Positions 25,601 through 39,768 are shown, counted from the first letter of the whole stretch. The stretch is DNA of 63,996 nt, filler included, from Intoshia linei (GCA_001642005.1; 7 parts of 7 records of this genome joined end to end with filler, not necessarily neighbours in it), one strand, 5' to 3'. The notes: generated by a model from the sequence alone, not told the origin. Program-made: numbers and translations.

Positions 25601-28398
25601 GTATATAAAATATAAATGCATACTTGGAATGTTAAATCAATTTTTCATCAACTTGCTTTAAATTTAGTCAATTTTTGGTTTCTCTAATGGGATATATTTT
25701 TATTACTACACCAAAGCCTAAGGTCAAAGATCCACTGCAGAATATTATTTTTTCAAACCTTAAACACTGCTTTATCACCAAATTCATTTTTTATGAAAAT
25801 GTTGGATATTATTTATTTTTTAATTTGTTCAACAATTTTTGTTCGGTAAACCTCGGGATTTTTTTCCGGAAAAAATCACTAGTGTAAACTGGATATAAAT
25901 TTAATTTTTTTACATTCTAGGATTCGTTTCATTATGTAAAAAAATGGTAAATTGGGTTTTTTACCATGAAGATGTAATTTTCTGAGGTTGAGATTTAAGA
26001 CAATGTTAATGGTTTTAAAACACGCCTCCGAATTAATGTTTTTTAAAATTTTAGGAGTGATTTGACTTTAAAAAAAAAGATAAATTGGGTTCTTTAAATT
26101 TTAGAACTTTTTATTTTTTTAATAAACGGTAACAGATACACAGACATTCAATTTGTCTGAAAAACAATTAAAATTTAATCAAAAATTAATTAAATTAAGT
26201 TAAAGATTGGTTAGTTAAAAACTTAAAACACGAAATATTTAAATTTTGTAAACAAGATCCGAACACCAACTTTGGACAGTTGCGGATCGTGTTTCAGAAC
26301 TCTAGTTGCATTTACAATTAATAAACTAATTATTTTAGGTGCCACATTGACAGTAATTATTAATCTTGACAACTCTACATCAATAATAATATCTGCATGT
26401 GTTGCCGTTGTATATACGTTATTTGGTGGTTTATATGCTGTTTCGTATACCGATGTTCTACAATTATTTTGCATCTTTTTTGGTTTAGTAATTTTTATCG
26501 ATTCATTCAACTCAGTGACTATGATTCCTGAGAAAGTCGAGAACCGGGAAATCGACTCATAGTAATTCAAAGTAATATTCATTTCCTCTGTTTGTAGGTT
26601 CATATCTTTTTAATTACAAATTTATCCATCCAAAGCCTAAAAATTGGGTCCTCATGTTGGTATACATGTATATCCATGTTTCCCAACCTTTTTTACTACA
26701 TTACCCATATTATAGTATTTATTTTATATTATTTACAATATTTTTTGAACTGCATATTGAACGGTCAGGTTTATAGAATAAGAGCCATATTAATTTTTTT
26801 AAAAATAAAATCATTTCTGAATTTAATAGGGCTGATCTTATTTAAAAATAAAAAGCGGAATTTGTGTTTTTGATCGTGAAGGATTCAATGTATAAAAATG
26901 TAACCTGCACGAAAACATAACTCTCGCAAAACTGTATTAAAAATTTGATTTTTTTAAATTCTAGAAGGGTTAAATTTTTAAATAAACTGCAACACATCGA
27001 TTCAATTTTATATATGAGTAAAGAATACATATTAATTAGTAGCTCTTGAACACAATTTTTTTCTAAGTTAAAACTTTTAAAATTGATTCATAAATTATTT
27101 AAATTAAAGGGTCCTTCAAACGCAATAACAAAACCTCTTTTGTATCCGGTTCTCAACTTTGTATTATTGGTTTTAATCACCCAAAACATTTAACATGTGT
27201 AACACAAAAAAATAATAATTTTCAATTTAGTGGTTATCTATACCTTTTTCATTTACAAACAATCACGTCAATAAATTTTCTACCAACAAATCGGATTGGT
27301 TAGGTGAAATCAAACCCGAAAAAATTGCATCTTGGATAGACAGTATGCTCTTATTAATGTTTGGAGGCATACCATGGCAAGTATACTTTCAAAGAGTATT
27401 ATCATCAAAAACAGCATTTCGTGCAAAAATACTATCATATGTAGCTGCTGCAGGGTGTATTTTTATGGCGATACCCGCCATTCTGGTTGGATTGGCTGCT
27501 CAAAATACACGTAATATAATTTTATTTTTGTGAATAAATATGATTAGGTTGGAGTGAAACAGAATTGGACCCTGCATTAACGGTTGGTAACATACTTAAA
27601 GCAGAATCTCATCCATTAATACTGCCTCTAGTATTACAATATCTATGCCCAGCATGGGTATCTTTCATTGGACTAGGAGCTGTATCTGCCGCTGTAATGA
27701 GTTCTGCTGATTCTTCAATATTATCAGCAAGTTCAATGTTTACTCGTAACGTTTACAAATTAATTTTCCGTCAGAATGCTGAAGATCGAGAGCTCATGAT
27801 AATAATGAGATTTTCAATATTGGGAATAGCGGCAATGGCCACATTGATGGCTATAACAATCGAATCAATATATGGATTGTGGTATTTGTGTGCTGATTTA
27901 GTATACGTCATATTATTCCCTCAATTGGTATGTGTCGTCTACATCAAATGGACAAATACTTACGGTTCTTTAGTAGGCTATTTAGTTGGAATATTAATTA
28001 GATTATTAGGAGGCGAAACATATTTAAGTCTTCCTGCAGTAATTAAATATCCATTTTATGATGATGAAAATAAAACTCAGAATTTTCCTTTCAAAACATT
28101 TAGTATGTTGATTAGTTTTGCTTGTATTTTACTTGTATCTTTTATTACCAACCGTCTATTTAACAATAAAATACTAGACAAAAAATTTGATATATTCAGA
28201 AAAGTTACAAATATTTCTCAAGATCATATTGAACTGACTGCTGCAAATATGACTGCGTCGCGCTGTCATATTAATGACACTGAAACCCTTAAAAAGTCCC
28301 CAATCTCGAACATTGCAACATTTAATCCAAATAAAGATACTTTTAGTAGTATTGACACAACCAAAATAACATCAGATATAAAAATGAATATTCAATAG
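22676..28398 (+). CDS. SLC5A7: High-affinity choline transporter (sodium:solute symporter family)
   Basis: Exons 22676-22850, 22888-23151, 26339-26487, 27231-27510, 27548-28398. Motifs [89 protein letters not shown] and NFPFKT. Confidence 0.96.
23185..24174 (-). mobile_element. Tc1-like transposase pseudogene in SLC5A7 intron 2
   Basis: Minus-strand fragments [12 protein letters not shown] and [15 protein letters not shown]. Short inverted repeat AAAACTATGTCAACA (23185) / TGTTGACATACTTTT (24160-24174). Many stops. Confidence 0.75.
24440..25600 (+). mobile_element. Helitron-family fragment with 3' hairpin, interrupted by a hAT-like MITE (about 24872-25463)
   Basis: Matches the other copies on both sides of an insert bounded by C(C)GCATTCTCAAC...GTTGAGAATGGCTG. 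3' motif GAGCTAGATGTTGTATGTACCCAGTACATAACAGCC. Confidence 0.6.
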
Positions 28399-28552
28399 AT
28401 ATTATTATTTATAAATAAATGTATTATTACATTCTTAATAACTTTGCACAATTTTAATCAATTTTTTAATTTTATTACATTGTACAATGTACATTTGTAT
28501 ATTATAACGACATGAAACATTGAAATTATCAATTACATGTAATTTGTATATT

Positions 28553-31500
28553 TCAATGTTTAAATATTGAAGTAAGTGGTAAATTTTCTGGTAGATTTGA
28601 TTTTTTCCTTTCCATATAGTTTCGCCATAAATAGTTACACATTTTATTATATTCTGGTGCAATATTTTTCAATTTATTTAAATCTTGTATTGCTTCATCT
28701 TCATTAAAAAAATGTAAATTTGATACTAATCTTCGATACAATAGTTTCACATTTTCTAATTGTCATTTTAATACAAATTAATTAAAAATAAGACTAATTT
28801 ATTATTTTTTACTTTTATCAATTTCTAATCCATAATTAGCCATTTTTAAAGCTTCGTAATATTTTTTGTCGTTTATCATGGATTGGGACAAATTTACAAT
28901 ACATTTTAATTTTAATTGCTTCAATTCGCTATTGTTTAAATTTGGATCTCTAAAATAATACAATATTATAAAATAAATATACTTTCCAATACCTGACGAC
29001 TACTTTTTCCATGAAATCCAAACTTTTTCTATAATATTCAATTGATTCGGTATATTGTTTGGATTCATGTAGTGTATTTCCAGTTAAAAAATGAGATTCA
29101 GCCTTAACTTATATCATTAAATTATCAAAACATTAAAATTAGAAATATTACCTCTTTCATCAATTCAGTTTCTTTCATTAGCCAAGTTTCTTTTTGATAA
29201 GTATTGGGTTGTTCCAAGGTTAGAAATTCTAAATATTAATATAATAAACCATTCAAAAAATTTTTAGGTCCGTCAATATTTATAAAATTAAAAAACGAAA
29301 ATGGATAATGTCCATTGACATGTTCGCCGTAGCTAGAGCTAGATTCTGTTTGTACAAAGTCAAGATAATGGAGTATAAAATAAAATTTAAAATTTTGATC
29401 CGTTTTATATGAGCCACTGATTGAGTATGGTCTTTGGAAAGCATTGGTGACAAGATGTTAAATTAATTATTGAAATGTAAGAACATTTTAATAATTAAAT
29501 TGAAAATATTTTTGACATTTAAAATACTTATATATACCCGTTCGAAGGTTCTAGGTTGAACATATTTAATTATACAATAATAATAATAATATTTCTTTTT
29601 TGTAATTTAAAAATTCAGTCATAAATTATCCAATTCATACGTACCTATTTCCAAATAAAATAATTTTGGTGTTTGATATAGCTGTTTCAGGTCGTTATCT
29701 CTATCTTTAACATAATTATTCTCAAAAGAACCAGAACAACAAGCCGTAGGTCTCGCTATTGCTTGTCCCAAGAAATAGTTTCTTAATTGAGAAGCAATTA
29801 TTAAATATTCAAAAGAAGACTAAATTTTTAAAATACATTAACAATTCTATAAATTTTCTAATTAACAAAGTAAAAAATGATAAATTATAATTCATCATTT
29901 TTATGAATATTTTATTATTATTTTATCCTTACTTATATAATATGGTATGCAATATTTGTTTGTATGTGTGTGATACCGTTTATTTTAATAACTACCAGTC
30001 TTAGAATTTTATAAAGTTCACATTTCTATTTCAGTTTATATATTGGTTAGTAAGATAAATTTCAACCTCTCAAACTCACATCTTACGAGTCAAAAAGCCC
30101 TATTGTCCTTTTTTTGAAAATCAAACGAGTCGACAATTTATAAAAACTGTATACTTTAATACGTATTTTAAAATCATAAATTTAAATTTAAAATATATCT
30201 TCAAGGCCAAAACTCCAAATTACCTTTTTTTTAATAAAAAGAGCCCTAAAATTTAAAACAATTTACAGGTGGTACAGTTGTATCCTGTTAAAAAACACAA
30301 AAAATTTCAATTTGAATAAGTGACGATTTCACGGTCAAAAAAGCATTTTAGTTTTAATATGATATTATTTTTTTTCCGAAATATTTTATTAAAACAAAAA
30401 ATGTAAAATAATTAACGGTCCTAAAAAAACGATTATTTTGACAGAGCTTATTCCAGTTGAAAAATAATTTTTAATATTATACTATATAATCAACCAATAT
30501 TTTTCTAATATTTCGATTAAAATAAAAATTGAAAATGTAAATATTCATCCTACAATTTCAAAAAAAATGTGCATTAAAAGTTTACAAGTTTCCAATAAAG
30601 AAATATGGGTAAATACTATATAATTCATTCCTTCGCAATTTTTCCTTTGCAATATTGGTAAAATTCACCTGAAATATATTTATTAAGTGCTGATTCCGTT
30701 AATTATTGATACATAATTGGTATTCTTAAGTATTTATCAAATTGAAAATGACAAAATAGGTTTTTATAATTTTATTTTTTCTGGAATTTATGCTATTTTG
30801 ACAAAATTTTTAATGAGTGTTTTTACTTTATTGTTAAGATTATACAACTCATTCTGTCTAATAAATTATTTCTTTAATTTTATTTTTTCTGGAATTTATG
30901 CTATTTATGACAATTTTTAGGATTGGACGTTTTTACTTTACTTTTAATATTATACACACATTGTGTCTTCAAAAAAAAATTGTTTTTAAAATTCTTTACG
31001 CAAATGTTAACAAACAAAAAATTAAGATGGAAATAATTCACTTTAAAATAAAAAAGTAATGTGATATAAGACGGTTCCACCTGAAACAAGTTTGAGAACC
31101 ACTCCTTTAAAGCCCTGATAATAGTGAATAGTATGATTTTTAAGTTAGATTTTCAATAATAAAATGGAAACTTCAAATGTAAAGAAGCGGAGGTTTTTTT
31201 GGAACAAAAATTAAAATGTTTGTGTCATTCCTCAGAAAATTAAATGGAGATTATTATATATGTTTTTTTTATATTTCAAAAAAAAGTCCAAAATGGAATA
31301 GCCTTATTGTGTAACGTTCGTAAATTATACCTTCGAAGATAGTTTAAACAATGACGATTCATTCAATTTCATAGTTTGAATACACTCTTCAAAGCCAGTA
31401 AATGAAAATTTTCGGTTTATGTATAGGTGCATTGTTTTTTTAACTTGTTTTGTATCCTGAATTATTTGAATCTGTCCATTTTCATGATAAGTGTATATCT

Positions 31501-32165
31501 TGTAATGGAATGTGACCTTAACATTACTATATAATCAAATATAATTATTATTAACAATGTAAATTAATAATTAATTAATTAACAATGCAGTATTTCTAAA
31601 AATGGGTGAAACCCCTATCCATAATAATCTCAATAACTTTTAAAAAAAGTTACAATAAAAAAATAATTCATATTTAACTTTTTGAGTAATGTTACATTGA
31701 TAATAATAATTCCACAATATTAAATATTTCAATCTCAGACTTACATCTTACCGGTAAACCCCAATTATCCTTTTTTTAAATCAAACTAGCTCTAGGGTTT
31801 AAAAAATATACAGTCTCATACAGATTTTAAAATTATGAATATTCTCAAAATTTAAATTTCAAAAAGTTATATCTTCAGGGCCAAAACCACAAATTACCTT
31901 TCTTCAAAAAATGAAAATATCCCTAGAATTTAAAAAATAAATAAAAATATTTCATACAGTTACAGTATATCCAATTAACACAGACAAATAAAGAGTTTTA
32001 TATAAGTTAGGATATATTAACACTATGCCAATCAATTGGGAGTTCCAACATTTTTTAACAACCAGTAAAATATATTTAAATTTATAAAACCTTAGAATCT
32101 GTGATTAGATTGACATATTCAGATCCATCGATCAATATACTTTTCAGTATGAAACATTGTTCCAT
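28553..32165 (-). CDS. AIP: AH receptor-interacting protein / AIPL1-like (FKBP-like domain + 3 TPR)
   Basis: Seven phase-consistent exons: 32091-32165, 31331-31516, 29645-29819, 29152-29228, 28993-29102, 28813-28949, 28553-28755. Reads VTFHYK..FEECIQTMKLNE..LRNY..TACCSG..DLKQLYQTPK..EQPNTYQKETWLM..GNTLH..NLSQ..YYEAL..NVKLLYRR..AIQDL..SIFKH*, collinear with AIP. Confidence 0.88.
29926..31150 (+). mobile_element. Long non-autonomous Helitron-family copy in AIP intron 2
   Basis: A|TCCTTACTTATATAATATG start, GT tract, and a body collinear with the copies at 47946, 50249, 38046 and 58850. The 3' hairpin is absent. Confidence 0.75.
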
Positions 32166-33781
32166 TTCAAAAATGTTTAAAATAAATTTAATTTAATTTA
32201 CAATTTAACATTTTAAATTTATCGTTAATTTATCGGATTACTCTGGAAAATATTTCTTGGTAACTGTTATGTGTAAACGCAAACTCTATTTACAAATTGT
32301 GTATTACAAAAACATTCATTAATGTAATTAATATGATCATAATTAATATAATAATCAATATGAAAGTAAATTATTGAATTCATTATGAATTTCATATGCA
32401 GACTGACAGATATAAAGTTAAATTCTTTATTTAAAAACGATCATTTTGAAATTTGTGTTTTCGATGTGTAGTTTTTTTTTGCTAAAATATTACTATAAAT
32501 TTATCATAAATCTATACCATTTCACTTTCAATATGATTAAAAATTACAACCGATGCGTTAATCTCTAAATTCAATGTGATAATGATGTGTTACACCGTGA
32601 TATAAAATATGTTGATAAATATTATCACTTTGGATTTATCTATTATCGCATGGTTTGTAATTTGCTTAAGGTTTGGTAAAATTTGATTTTTTCTTAGTTT
32701 TATAAAAGTGGATTTTGGAATGATGTATATTGAAAAAATTTAAAATTCTTTATAATTACTTTATAAACTCCAAAATGACGGTAACATATAGATAGGATAA
32801 ATTATACACTAAAAATTATCATCTAATCTTAGAAAATGGCGAAAATTTTCATAAATTAACCATAAAAATTATAAATTTTAGAAACCAACAAAAAAAAGGT
32901 GATAAAATTTTAAAAATACAAGATAAATAAAAATTTTTGTCAATTTTTGAAGTTGATTTATCTAATAAATTCTCAAAATGTTTATGAATCATGATTTTAA
33001 AAACTGTTCCAGAATTTATGTTTTTTAAACATGCTAGAACTCATTTCATTTTTATAAAAGAGTAATTCGTGGTTTTGACCATGAAGATGTAAATTTATGA
33101 GCTTGAGATTTTCATTTTCAAAAATTTCGTACACATCTGGTCCAACTTCGAAAACACTGAGTAACTGAGTAAATAGCAAAATGAATAAATGATTAGCGTT
33201 TTTACGATAAAATAAACAAATTAACAAATTAATAAATTACGGCATACGACCGCTTGCAGTAATTTCATAGCCCCTGTTCCAAATAATAAACTTAAATTTT
33301 TGGTAATGTTATCATTGATAAGTTATAATTTATAATTTAGATAGTTTTAAAGGTCAAGAAATTGTAACTTATTTGTTTCAATAAGTAACAAGTATACACT
33401 GATACAACACTGAGTGAGACTTGAACACTCTGATGATTATAGTAAATAAAACATCAAATGCTTTTTGGCTCATCACTATAAATTAATATACAATGTAATC
33501 TAATCTGGACTGCACAACTAAGTCATAATAAGTCATATTATGTGACTCATACAAATCATCCCAATCTCACAATCGCTATATTTTTTCCTAGACAACTTCC
33601 AGTAACAATACACAAAAGACGTCTTGAATGAATCACCAGAGGGATACAGTAGTAGTAATAGTGCATAAACGGAAATTACACAATTTTAATTGTATCTTAA
33701 GACTACAACATCGCCATAAACAATTTAATTTCGTTAATTTCATTATAATTTTTACTGTTAATTGAAAAGATAATTTATAAA

Positions 33782-34453
33782 ATGAGTATAATAAGGAAAT
33801 TGTTGCCGAAAAAGATGAAAAAATCTCAAGAAGTGTATACTGATGACGGTATATGCCTTGAAACTGAAAGTGATCGAAATATTTCAACTGTAGAATCAAA
33901 CATTATATATGAAAATGTATCATTTAAGCATAGAATGAGTGAACGAATAAATACTATTATTCAACAAATAAGAAATGCAATATACGGTGAAAAAGAAGAC
34001 ACGGAATGGGAAGGCTACGAATCATACGAAAGTTGGTTACAAGCTGTAAAAGATTTCAAAGAAGCTGCCAAACTAATTCCAAAGCCAAGTATAGATTCAA
34101 ATTTTGATTATATTAAATGGCAGCAAAAACCGATTGACGGGAAAAAAGCCCTCTGGGGAGGTTCAAGTAATCCTGTCATAGATGAATCTAGTTCAGACGA
34201 CACGGAAAATGCAAATCGAGCTCGAGATCAATATTATCAACAAATTCATTTATTGGCCCCATATGTTGCAGCTGTAGTTGAAGGAAATTATTCAAGATCT
34301 TCCATTTGGGGAACTGATAAATATTTCAAGAATTTTACAAATTCTCCACAATTTAGCGGAATGATTGCTTCTAAATTACAATCTTGTTCAAATACAATGA
34401 CTAGAAACAGCGCATATACTGCCGTAGATAATCAAAAGAGTTTTGATTTATAA
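33782..34453 (+). CDS. Intronless orphan protein, 223 aa
   Basis: Uninterrupted ATG-TAA ORF with higher GC than its flanks, and AATAAA about 20 nt downstream. No family recognised. Confidence 0.75.
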   Translation: MSIIRKLLPKKMKKSQEVYTDDGICLETESDRNISTVESNIIYENVSFKHRMSERINTIIQQIRNAIYGEKEDTEWEGYESYESWLQAVKDFKEAAKLIPKPSIDSNFDYIKWQQKPIDGKKALWGGSSNPVIDESSSDDTENANRARDQYYQQIHLLAPYVAAVVEGNYSRSSIWGTDKYFKNFTNSPQFSGMIASKLQSCSNTMTRNSAYTAVDNQKSFDL

Positions 34454-34563
34454 TTGTAGTGTAATATTGTTCTAAATAAATTAGTTATATGTCAATCTTT
34501 GAAAATTAATTCATAATCATTTTCTAAATTCCAAATAATAATTAACAGTCATTAAAAAATTCA

Positions 34564-37500
34564 ATGCATTCGCTTGTTATGAAATTACAACCTGAAACCT
34601 TCGTTGAATGGGTAATGTCGTATGTAATTTTTAATTTTCGTAGGATAGGCGCGTTTCTTCTTCCAGTGCTTCTTCTAATTATTTCACATCAAGGTTAAAT
34701 TATTATGATGAACAAATTGATTTGGATAAAAGCATTTTTGGACCACGAAAATTTAAAGTTTATGGAAAAAGTCATAAATCGGTAAATGGTGTTTTATCAT
34801 TTTAATTTAATTTACTTTGACTAACAATTGAAAATAAATTATCTTACAGTATACTTAAACTTTAACATAATTCACCAATATTAGGATTTAATTGAAAATT
34901 AATTGTTCACATTTTAGACTAAATTTTGGTTGACGTTTTCACAAATACAGTTTATTTCAATTCATGAATTTCTTTGTTAATAATTTAACCTCAATGTTTT
35001 ATTTATAAAGGCAATATGATATTTACTAAATTTATGTTAGGGCTTGTTTATAAATTGCTAATAAACAATATTTTTATACAGTTTTGATAGATATTTATGT
35101 ATGGACAGCGTTTCCAACAAGTGGATATTGATAACATGTTTAGCTATATAAGTCAATCGTCTAAATTTGGTCTAGGGTCCTTTATTTTGGGTTTTAGATG
35201 TGGATAAATAATCACATACATGTACTACATTTTTATTTTTTACCATGTTAGGGAACGCTTCTTTATGTTGTATCAAATTATAAATTTTATAAAATTAGAT
35301 TAATGAAAAGGACATTTATTTTCAAATTAAAATGTCAATTCCAAGAACCCCTAAACGAGAAAATTCACTGCGTTCTACAGTTAGTACACGTAGCTTGACC
35401 AGTATTAATTCATTCAAAGAAAGTGTAATTATATTGAATGTTATACACTCGGATTAATTAAATTTTTTGTAAATACACGTACATGTATTTTATAAATTTT
35501 AGATTTCTGAAAGAAATAAATGGATAAATAAATTGATTAAAACTACAAATCAAAAACAAGGTTTTTTATTACATTGTATTTATTTACCATCCCCTCCTCC
35601 TTCCAAAAAAAATTATGTACATTACATCCTTTAGTTATAAAAAATTAAACGTGTCCTGTTTGTTACTGTTTATTTACGTTAAAAAATTAACAGTCCCAAA
35701 ATTAAAAAAACTACATATGCTAATACCGGTTTTCAAGAATGTTGCAGTCTCGCAAAATTTATTTCCCTCAATTTAGTCCTTCACGGTCAAAAACCCAATT
35801 TAATCTTTTTTTTAAAATTAAATCAGCCGTAAAATTTAAAAATAATAATATATTCTGGAACGCGATTGAATTTCAATATTATTGTCGTAAATCTCAGCCT
35901 CAGAAACTTACATCTTCATTATGAAAACCCCACATTACTCTTTTTTGAAAAAATTCCTAATATTTTACATCATTTTTCACTTTTTTTTATTTCTGTAAAT
36001 CATTTAACTGTACAATTTTTCATAAACACATAAAACTGCTGTGAACTAGGGTAACAATTAATTATGGTTAACAATTAATTGTAAAGGATTGGAGCACTAC
36101 AAAACTCGTCAGCAACCAGTGGTCCTCAGAATAATTTTGGTAGCCTTATGATATAATACATATGTATATCAATTATTTATTTTTCAATTGTTAAACACCA
36201 TTTAAAACATTTTATATTATAATTATTGAATAATCAGATCCCTTATATTTTATTTTGTTGAATATACTAGAACCGTTTCTGTTCAGTTAAAATTGAAATG
36301 TATCATGTGTACATTTTCAAAAACGGGGCACGTAGAATTTATTGATATAAAAAAATGGCTCCCAGATGCAAAAGGTTGCTGACCCCTGATATAGAGAATA
36401 CTGTATTATTATTTTTATCTCCATTTATATAAAAATTAGTAAAAAGTATAAAATACGATCGACCATTAAAAAGTGAAGTGTGTAGCAGAGTATATTATAA
36501 AAAAAGATTTATCAAAAAAAACGAATATGATAATTTTAGACCTTACTTTAATCACTATAAAAATTTACAATATTTTCAAAATATTTATTATGAAAAACAA
36601 TTCAATATCATGTCATTTAAAGAAAAGAATAAATTTGAAAAACATATGTTTCAATTACAATTACAAATTGGCATTCAAAAGGGTTACATCTGAAATTTTG
36701 TAAAAACGTTATAAATAAATCATTTCATGTAGTTTTCAGAAATTCAGATAATTTTTTAGAATGATTCACCTTTTCAAGATATACCTTTGTATTCTTTTGT
36801 TTTATATAAGATATATACCTTGCGAAAGGCCGTTCTGGAAACATGGTATGTAGACCTACATTGTAAGTGCTCATACCAGATTGAAAAATTGCCATCATAA
36901 TGATTAAATAAAAAAACAGGGACAGAATTGAATTTTGAGTTTATTTTTTATAAGTTAAAAATAGTTTACCCTATATCAGTAGTTCCCAAATTGAGAGCTT
37001 GGCCCCACCGGGGGCCTATAGAGTCTGAAGGAGACGCAAATTTAAGAAAAATTTTAAAATTAAATTAGAATCGTTAACATAAATTTGATTTAGTATTTGA
37101 TATTAAATTAATACAATTGTATATTCATGAAATTCGGATTAATTTTGGATTATAATAAATTTAAATGTTATAAACCCTTACAAGACCATAACACGTATAT
37201 AAACAAAAAAGAACAATCATAATTTTACAATTTCTTGTATACTAAGCCCTAGTAACTAGGGTGTCAACTATATTAAAGTATTACAGACCCGTCCATATGT
37301 TTTGAGCACTTAGTAAAATCGCCGCAATCTGTATAAATTTTCAATTTTATAATTTTTTAAGTTGCTAAAGTACTGAATAACAAAAATTCCAATCCTTAAA
37401 AAATTGTTTTGGTTGCGACGATACATTAAATTTAATAAAAACTGATTTATTTATAAATAACAATATTTATTCTTTTAAATATTTTGAGCACTTTCACTTT

Positions 37501-39768
37501 CATTACGTTCAAAAATGTATTTTTTGCAATATAGGTAATTAATATTATTCTTCTTTGAAATTACAACTAGATGCGTCAAATAAATTTTCAGAAGCGCGAA
37601 TTAGTTGTCACATATTTCAATAGAGGGTATACCCTAGTAAAAATTTCTAGAGAGATTTCCGTATCCAGACGCGCGGTTCAAGAAATAATTAAAAAGCACC
37701 AAAAAGGTTAACCTCTAATTAATCGACCTAAAAAAGGAAGACCAAGAAAAATATCAGTCAGGGAGGATCGTTTATTAGAAATTAAAGCAAAATCAAACCC
37801 TTTCTTGACTGCTAATGAACTGCGAAATTCGATACCATCGGGTTCAAAAGTTAGTCTCGGTACTGTTAAACGTTCTCTAAGACGTAGCGGTGTATTTGGA
37901 CGCATTGCAGTGAAAAAGCCTTATCTGACAACCTTGCACAAGAGAANNNNNNNNNNNNNNNNNNNNNNNNNNNNNNNNNNNNNNNNNNNNTTAATTAATT
38001 AANNNNNNNNNNNNNNNNNNNNNNNNNNNNNNNNNNNNNNNNNNNNTTTTTCACCGGGAATGCGTAGGTTTCTGGGGTTGAAATTTTGTATTTATATCAA
38101 TTGGAATAAGCTCTATTAGCATAATCTTTTTTTTTAATTTTCGGATCGTTAATTATTTCACATTTTTTGTTTTAATAAAATATTTTGGAAAAAAAATATA
38201 GACCTTTAATTATTTCACATTTTTTGTTTTAATAAAATATTTCGGAAAAAAAATATATGAAAATTAAATGCTTTTTTTGACCGTGAAGTCGTCACTTATC
38301 AGATTTAAATTTTCTGTGTGTGTTAACAGGATACAACTGTAAATACCTGTAAATTTTTTGAAATTCTAGGGCTGTTTTCATAAAAAAAGAAGGGTAATAG
38401 GCTGTTTTCAAAAAAAAGAAGGGAATTTGTGGTTTTGGCCCTGAAGATATAATTTTTTTAAATTTTAATTTATGATAATGTTTATGATTTTAAAATTCGC
38501 ATCAACGTATATATTATTTTAAATTCTCCAACTCGTTTGATTATTAAAAAAAGGGACAACAGGGGTTTATACCCTTAAGATGTGAAATTGGGAGGTTAAA
38601 ATTTATTTTATTATACGTCCCGGAAAAAACTGTAATTGAAATGTTGTCTTTAAAAAATTTTAAGAGTGGTGGTTATTTCAATAAAGTGAAACACACAGAC
38701 AGACAGACACACACAATTAAAAATAGCGTAGCATATTATATAAGTTAGGATAATAGAGGCCTGACTGAACTTAATTTCTTACATAAAGTGTATTTACTTA
38801 GTAGGGATGTCTATTTAATTGTTTTTGTTATTTTAATATTGCATATTAAATATACACGTTTCTATTGTAAATATACATTTTTGGTCAAGTAGAGATTTAA
38901 GAGTTTATTTTAATTTTTTTAAATTCATATAGTGTTATAGTTACACTAAATAGAAATCATCATAGTGTACGACATTTTGATTTTTGATTGTAGTGGTACC
39001 AACTGTAAAGTATGTTGGAAGCCGCTTATTTTACTTTATTAATTAATGGTAGTTTTCTACTGGATTGGATAAATTTTTAAATTTATAGAAAATTAAAAGA
39101 GAATTTGTTCGTAACGAAAGAGAATACAAAACAAGTCTGTCAAAACTGAAAGGTGATAATGCTGCCCCGTTTAAAATTAAAGAATTGAGAAAAAATTTTG
39201 AAAAAACCGTCGAATTGTTTAAAAATGAATACAATTTTGTTGTAGGTGGCCCATCGGTAATTTTAAAGATTTATTAACTCAAGTATAATTTAATACCTCT
39301 ATTAATGAAAAATATTTAACTATAACTCCCTAAATTCAAATTCATATTATACACCAAAAATCAGAAACTTTTCAACTCTAAATTTAAAAAATTTCACAAT
39401 ATGTGATTATTATATGCACAAAAAATGAATTATACATTTAGAACCAACAAACTGCCCTTTATGAAACAAGTTTTTTAAGTTGTATAATAAAATTACAAAA
39501 AGAAATGGAGGTATTTCTACGATATCAAAAATTACATAAAAGACGAATAGCTACCGCCAACATTAACGATTATGAACAAGTTGTGCATGCATCCAATATT
39601 AGACGATTTTCTTTAGAAAAGGAACTTGCATTAGAAGAACAAGATATTGAAAGTAGACATAAACAGGATGTCGAAAAATTTAACCAGTGTTGCAAAGATA
39701 CCCTAGCAGATTACGATGTGACCCTAAATATAAAATTGGAAATGTTTCGGAATGAGAATAATGTTTAA
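34564..39768 (+). CDS. Orphan multi-exon gene with C-terminal coiled-coil-like region (middle unresolved; spans a gap)
   Basis: In-frame exons 34564-34611, 34644-34781, 35299-35424, 35503-35560 and 36440-36682. A second in-frame pair at about 39089-39256 and 39442-39768 (KIKREFVRNEREY...EKELALEEQDIESRHKQDVEKF). The join between the two halves is not established. Confidence 0.55.
37283..37945 (+). mobile_element. Tc1-like transposon, 5' part truncated by gap
   Basis: TA|CAG start. Tc1 DNA-binding region ISREISVSRRAVQEIIKK...KGRPRKISVREDR...PFLTANEL...VSLGTVKRSLRRSGVFGRIAVKKPYLT with one in-frame stop. Confidence 0.85.
38046..38750 (-). mobile_element. Helitron-family 5' half
   Basis: Reverse complement of the 47946 copy, with an A|TCCTAACTTATATAATATGCTACGC terminus and CAGA/CA microsatellite. 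Confidence 0.75.
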
